DNA of 50,891 nt. It comes from Thelocarpon superellum (taxonomy: Eukaryota). Positions within the stretch are counted from its first letter, which is position 1. Each line of letters starts with the position of its first letter. The notes below the pieces were generated by a model. The model searched no databases, was not told the origin of the DNA, and worked only from the letters and a program-made list of their open reading frames with translations. Where the stretch lies: NCBI GenBank assembly GCA_026025795.1, contig JAPEUG010000091.1, positions 1 through 50,891 of the forward strand, given 5' to 3'. Below are positions 47,679 to 50,891 of this stretch, one piece after another. The position numbers were made by a program, and so were the translations under genes.

Positions 47679-48449
47679 AGGGCAAGGGAGGACGAGAACG
47701 CATAACAGCCACTAATCTGGAGCTGCTCACCAAAGCAAGACCTGTGCAAATTCGCACGGCGCACGGCGAAGCCACGGGGTTTGCAGTATCATTGATGAGT
47801 CGTCCATCAGGCAAGCAAGAAATGGGAGGCCTCGCGGATCGAGGACCGACCAAGCCTCGCCATCCCGCCCAGCCACCAGCACAAGTTTCGTGGGTCAGCG
47901 CAGCCCGGAAATTGGCGGGAAGTCACCCTCCCATCAGCTAGATGACTTGCCCAAGAGCTCCTGGAGATACCCGGCACTGCCCTCACAAGCCCCTCGGCCT
48001 GCGGCGACCAAGCATGGCTCCGTGCGCGGAGGCGCGGCGAAGCGCCTCGGTCAGATTTGCTAGACCTGTACGGTACAGACCGACAGGACAGGAGAGGGAG
48101 CTTGACCTGATCCTTGTGGCGCCTTGCTGCAGGTGCGATAAGGCACCTCGACCGAAGAAGCTGCTTGCTGCGAGAGACGCGCCAGACTACGGGTTCGGAA
48201 GACGGAAGGCCCGCCACGCCCTCGACGCGAACGAAGCGACGGGCGACGCAGTAAGGCGGCAGACGATGGCACTACTAGCGACCCTACCCATCCACAGCAT
48301 CGGCTCTTCACGCCGCGCCGATGCTCCTTCTGCATCGGATTACGGACGAAGGCCCGTGATTTTCTGTAGCAACGGTCTTGGCAGCAGCAATACTATGTAT
48401 TTGAACAACCTCCGTAACGCGCGATGCACGCTGCGTTCATCTCATTGGG

Positions 48450-50891
48450 CTACAGCGACAGCAATCTTTTCAGACCCGACAGGGCCACGTTTTTGATGGC
48501 CTGAGGGACCTGCGTTCTCTCATCCTGAGGCCGGGACCGGCGAGGCTTCGAAGCGGGCACCGGCTTCCTTCCTCCGTCTCCGCCGGTGGACCTAGCCGGC
48601 TCCCCTCCGGCATTCTTGCTCTTGGTCTTAGCACGCGATCGCCCATCATTCGATCCCCCACCGCTCCCACGGCTAGATCGCGTTTCGCCGCGCGTCCGGT
48701 GCCCACGCGAAGACCGATGCTCCCCGACGCCGGACATGGCGGACTTGGTGCTGATCAACAACGGTCGCTTATTCTCTGAGGCCGCATTGAACAGCTTGGG
48801 TCGCTTCAGCTTCGCTGACGCCTCCTGCTCCGGCGTTCCTCGGGATCGCCGACGACGCGATGACCGCTCGGGTTTCACGAGCCCGTCGTCGTCGGGCTTC
48901 GCTTGCATCTCGTCCTGCACAGCGCCACCCTCATCTCCCGCCGCGGCAGTGGCTCCTTCCTCCGCCAGGGCAGCGTTGAGAGCCTTGCGTGCCTCCTTGA
49001 TCTGACGTCGCGCCTCTTCTTCCTCCGGCGTCCGTCCGGTCTTCTGCGAACTCATATCGCTGCTGCGACGTCTCCGAGGGCGTTCCTTGGGTGCATCTGC
49101 AACGCTCCAGACGCTCGTGCCACTCTCTCGTCGTCGAGGTTTCTGTACCTCTTCCTCAACAGACCATCCTCCGAACCAAGATGATCTTCGCCGTCGTTGG
49201 CGTTTCTCTGACTTTGACAGGTGCGGAATGTTTTCCGGAACTTCTTGAAGGGCGGCTTTGGCGTCAATTGTCTCTGCCGCGACGTCTTGCGCTTTGCTTT
49301 TATCTTCATCTGCCGTCGACGCTCGCTCGCCGCTAGGTTCTTCCTCTGCTGTGACGTCCGTGGGGGCAGGTTCCGCGACTGGAGATTGATCTGAAGAATC
49401 GGATGCCGACACTTCCGGTAGCGGATCATTCGCCTGGACGACCGGCGGTGCGACTGGTGGGGTTTTGTCCGTAGGCGGAGTCTCGATCGGAGCGCTGTCG
49501 GCTGTGGTGGTCTCAGGCGGCGTGCTCTTGTCGGCTGCAGGTTCAGTCGCGGGAGCACCAGAAGTGGAAGCATTAGCGGCGGAGGTTTCGGCGGCCGAGA
49601 GGCTGGCAGCAGGAGCCTCAACAGCTGAGGTCTCGGCAGGAGGTCCATCAGAAAGAGTAGTGTCGGCAGGCGGGTCGCTAACCGGAGCAGTATCGGGTGC
49701 CGAGGTCTCGTTGGGGGCTTTTTCTTCTGGGGCGCTTTCAGCTGGCGGTGAGACTTCAGCTGTCGTCTCGATTGGCTCCTCGGTGCCCTCGGAATGGCCC
49801 ACACTGGCTTCTGGATTTGGCTCTGTGTCTGCAATTGGTGCTTCAGGGGCTGGGGGCGTCTGTTCTCCTTCGCCCCCCTCAACTGCAAGGCTTTTTGTCA
49901 CCTCCCTGCCTCTCGCACCGTCTAAGGCTGTCTCTGCCTCGATATTTGCCGGAAGCTTGTTGACCGTCTCCTCTGCGGGCGCATTAGGTAGGACTAGGTC
50001 TGGGGCGTCATTGTCTCCATTCTTCTTTCGAGAACGTGTCTTCCCACTCGATCGTTTTGACACTTTCTCTGCCGCCTTGCGTTTGTGTTTTTCCTCCTTT
50101 GTCTCGTTGATCGCCTTGTCGTCGACGGGCTTTTCTTCTGTTCGCATTTCGCCAGCGGAAATGATATCGGCCGACTTATCTTCAGCTGGCTTCTCGGCCG
50201 AGATCGCTTCGGAAGGATCGTCTTTCGGGGTTTCTCCGGTCGTTTCCTCAGCAGGTATAATTTCCGTAGGTCTGTCATCGGCCGAGGCCTCTTCGGCCGG
50301 CTTCTCGATAGGAGTCTCCTTTTCGGGCGTTTTGTTTGCAGGAATATTTGCCGAGGGTTTCACTTCGGTGGGCTGCTCCTCCGTGGCAGCCACTTCATCG
50401 GGTCTTCCCTCGTCAGGGTTATCAGATTTGCCCTTCTCATAGTTCTCCTCCGTAGCCTTCTCCTCGGGCTTCTCTTCTGAAGCCTTGTCTTCCGAACTCT
50501 CAACGGGCGTGTCGGATGGTGGCTCCTCTCCGCCGGTGCCACCAGTAGGCGTTTCATCAATGATGGGTGGATTATCAGACGGCTTGCCCTCGCTAGCCTG
50601 GTCATGGGCGGGATCATCGACCGAAGCGCTCTCAGCAGCTTCCTCTTCTGGAGGAGCATCCTTGACCTCGACTTCAGGATCGCCCTTTGCCTCATCGTCC
50701 TTCATTTCCGCCAATGGCTCAGGGGCAAGAGCAGGGGAAAGTTCCTGGAAGACTTGATTGATGGCGGGAATGCCTTTCGGCATCCTTCTCTTGGATGTGC
50801 CGCCATTCCGAGAGTCTCCGGCGGTTGCCTTCAGTCTCAGCGGATCACGCATGGTGACTTTGCGAGTCTCCGGCGGCCATAGCTCAAACTT
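48450..50891 (-). CDS. 3' part of a large, acidic, Glu/Pro/Ala-rich low-complexity protein with a basic C-terminal tail; probably begins beyond the window
   Basis: The 800-aa ORF stays open upstream of ATG 50852 to the window edge (KFELWPPETRKVT-MRDP). Composition is typical of a disordered protein; no domain recognised. Confidence 0.75.
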   Translation of the reverse strand, partial: KFELWPPETRKVTMRDPLRLKATAGDSRNGGTSKRRMPKGIPAINQVFQELSPALAPEPLAEMKDDEAKGDPEVEVKDAPPEEEAAESASVDDPAHDQASEGKPSDNPPIIDETPTGGTGGEEPPSDTPVESSEDKASEEKPEEKATEENYEKGKSDNPDEGRPDEVAATEEQPTEVKPSANIPANKTPEKETPIEKPAEEASADDRPTEIIPAEETTGETPKDDPSEAISAEKPAEDKSADIISAGEMRTEEKPVDDKAINETKEEKHKRKAAEKVSKRSSGKTRSRKKNGDNDAPDLVLPNAPAEETVNKLPANIEAETALDGARGREVTKSLAVEGGEGEQTPPAPEAPIADTEPNPEASVGHSEGTEEPIETTAEVSPPAESAPEEKAPNETSAPDTAPVSDPPADTTLSDGPPAETSAVEAPAASLSAAETSAANASTSGAPATEPAADKSTPPETTTADSAPIETPPTDKTPPVAPPVVQANDPLPEVSASDSSDQSPVAEPAPTDVTAEEEPSGERASTADEDKSKAQDVAAETIDAKAALQEVPENIPHLSKSEKRQRRRRSSWFGGWSVEEEVQKPRRRESGTSVWSVADAPKERPRRRRSSDMSSQKTGRTPEEEEARRQIKEARKALNAALAEEGATAAAGDEGGAVQDEMQAKPDDDGLVKPERSSRRRRSRGTPEQEASAKLKRPKLFNAASENKRPLLISTKSAMSGVGEHRSSRGHRTRGETRSSRGSGGGSNDGRSRAKTKSKNAGGEPARSTGGDGGRKPVPASKPRRSRPQDERTQVPQAIKNVALSGLKRLLSL

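Noticed and set aside
49465..50442. 325-aa Ser/Ala/Gly-rich plus-strand ORF
   Set aside because: Antisense mirror of the low-complexity acidic protein.
1..50891. CRISPR arrays, operons, transposons, telomeric repeats or telomerase RNA template
   Set aside because: The DNA is eukaryotic and intron-containing. Repeats are simple micro- or minisatellites without spacers. I saw no transposase or RT motifs, TIRs, LTRs or TAACCCTAA tract.

Overview
This is GC-rich eukaryotic DNA from a filamentous ascomycete (Pezizomycotina-type). The genes are split by short GT-AG introns of about 50-110 nt with CTRAY-like branch points, so most entries in the ORF track are fragments or antisense shadows. Manual splicing supports 11 intact or probably intact protein genes: a C2H2 + fungal-TF-domain transcription factor, an OTU deubiquitinase, a Cys-rich F-box-like hypothetical protein, a DHA1 MFS transporter, an MCH-type MFS transporter, a PTH11-like membrane protein, isocitrate lyase, neutral trehalase, a DltE-like SDR, an atypical Ser/Thr kinase, and the 3' part of a large acidic low-complexity protein. 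Two decayed genes are hidden across reading frames: a thiol/halide (TPMT-family) methyltransferase, and a putative secreted protein with a hydrophobic core and a beta/gamma-crystallin-like C-terminus. The most interesting candidate is a latent intron in the transcription factor with two donors 4 nt apart. It could switch the protein between a short zinc-finger-only form and the full-length form through a dual-coded stretch. I found no tRNA, rRNA, CRISPR array or recognisable transposon. Family assignments come from recalled motifs; no database searches were run.
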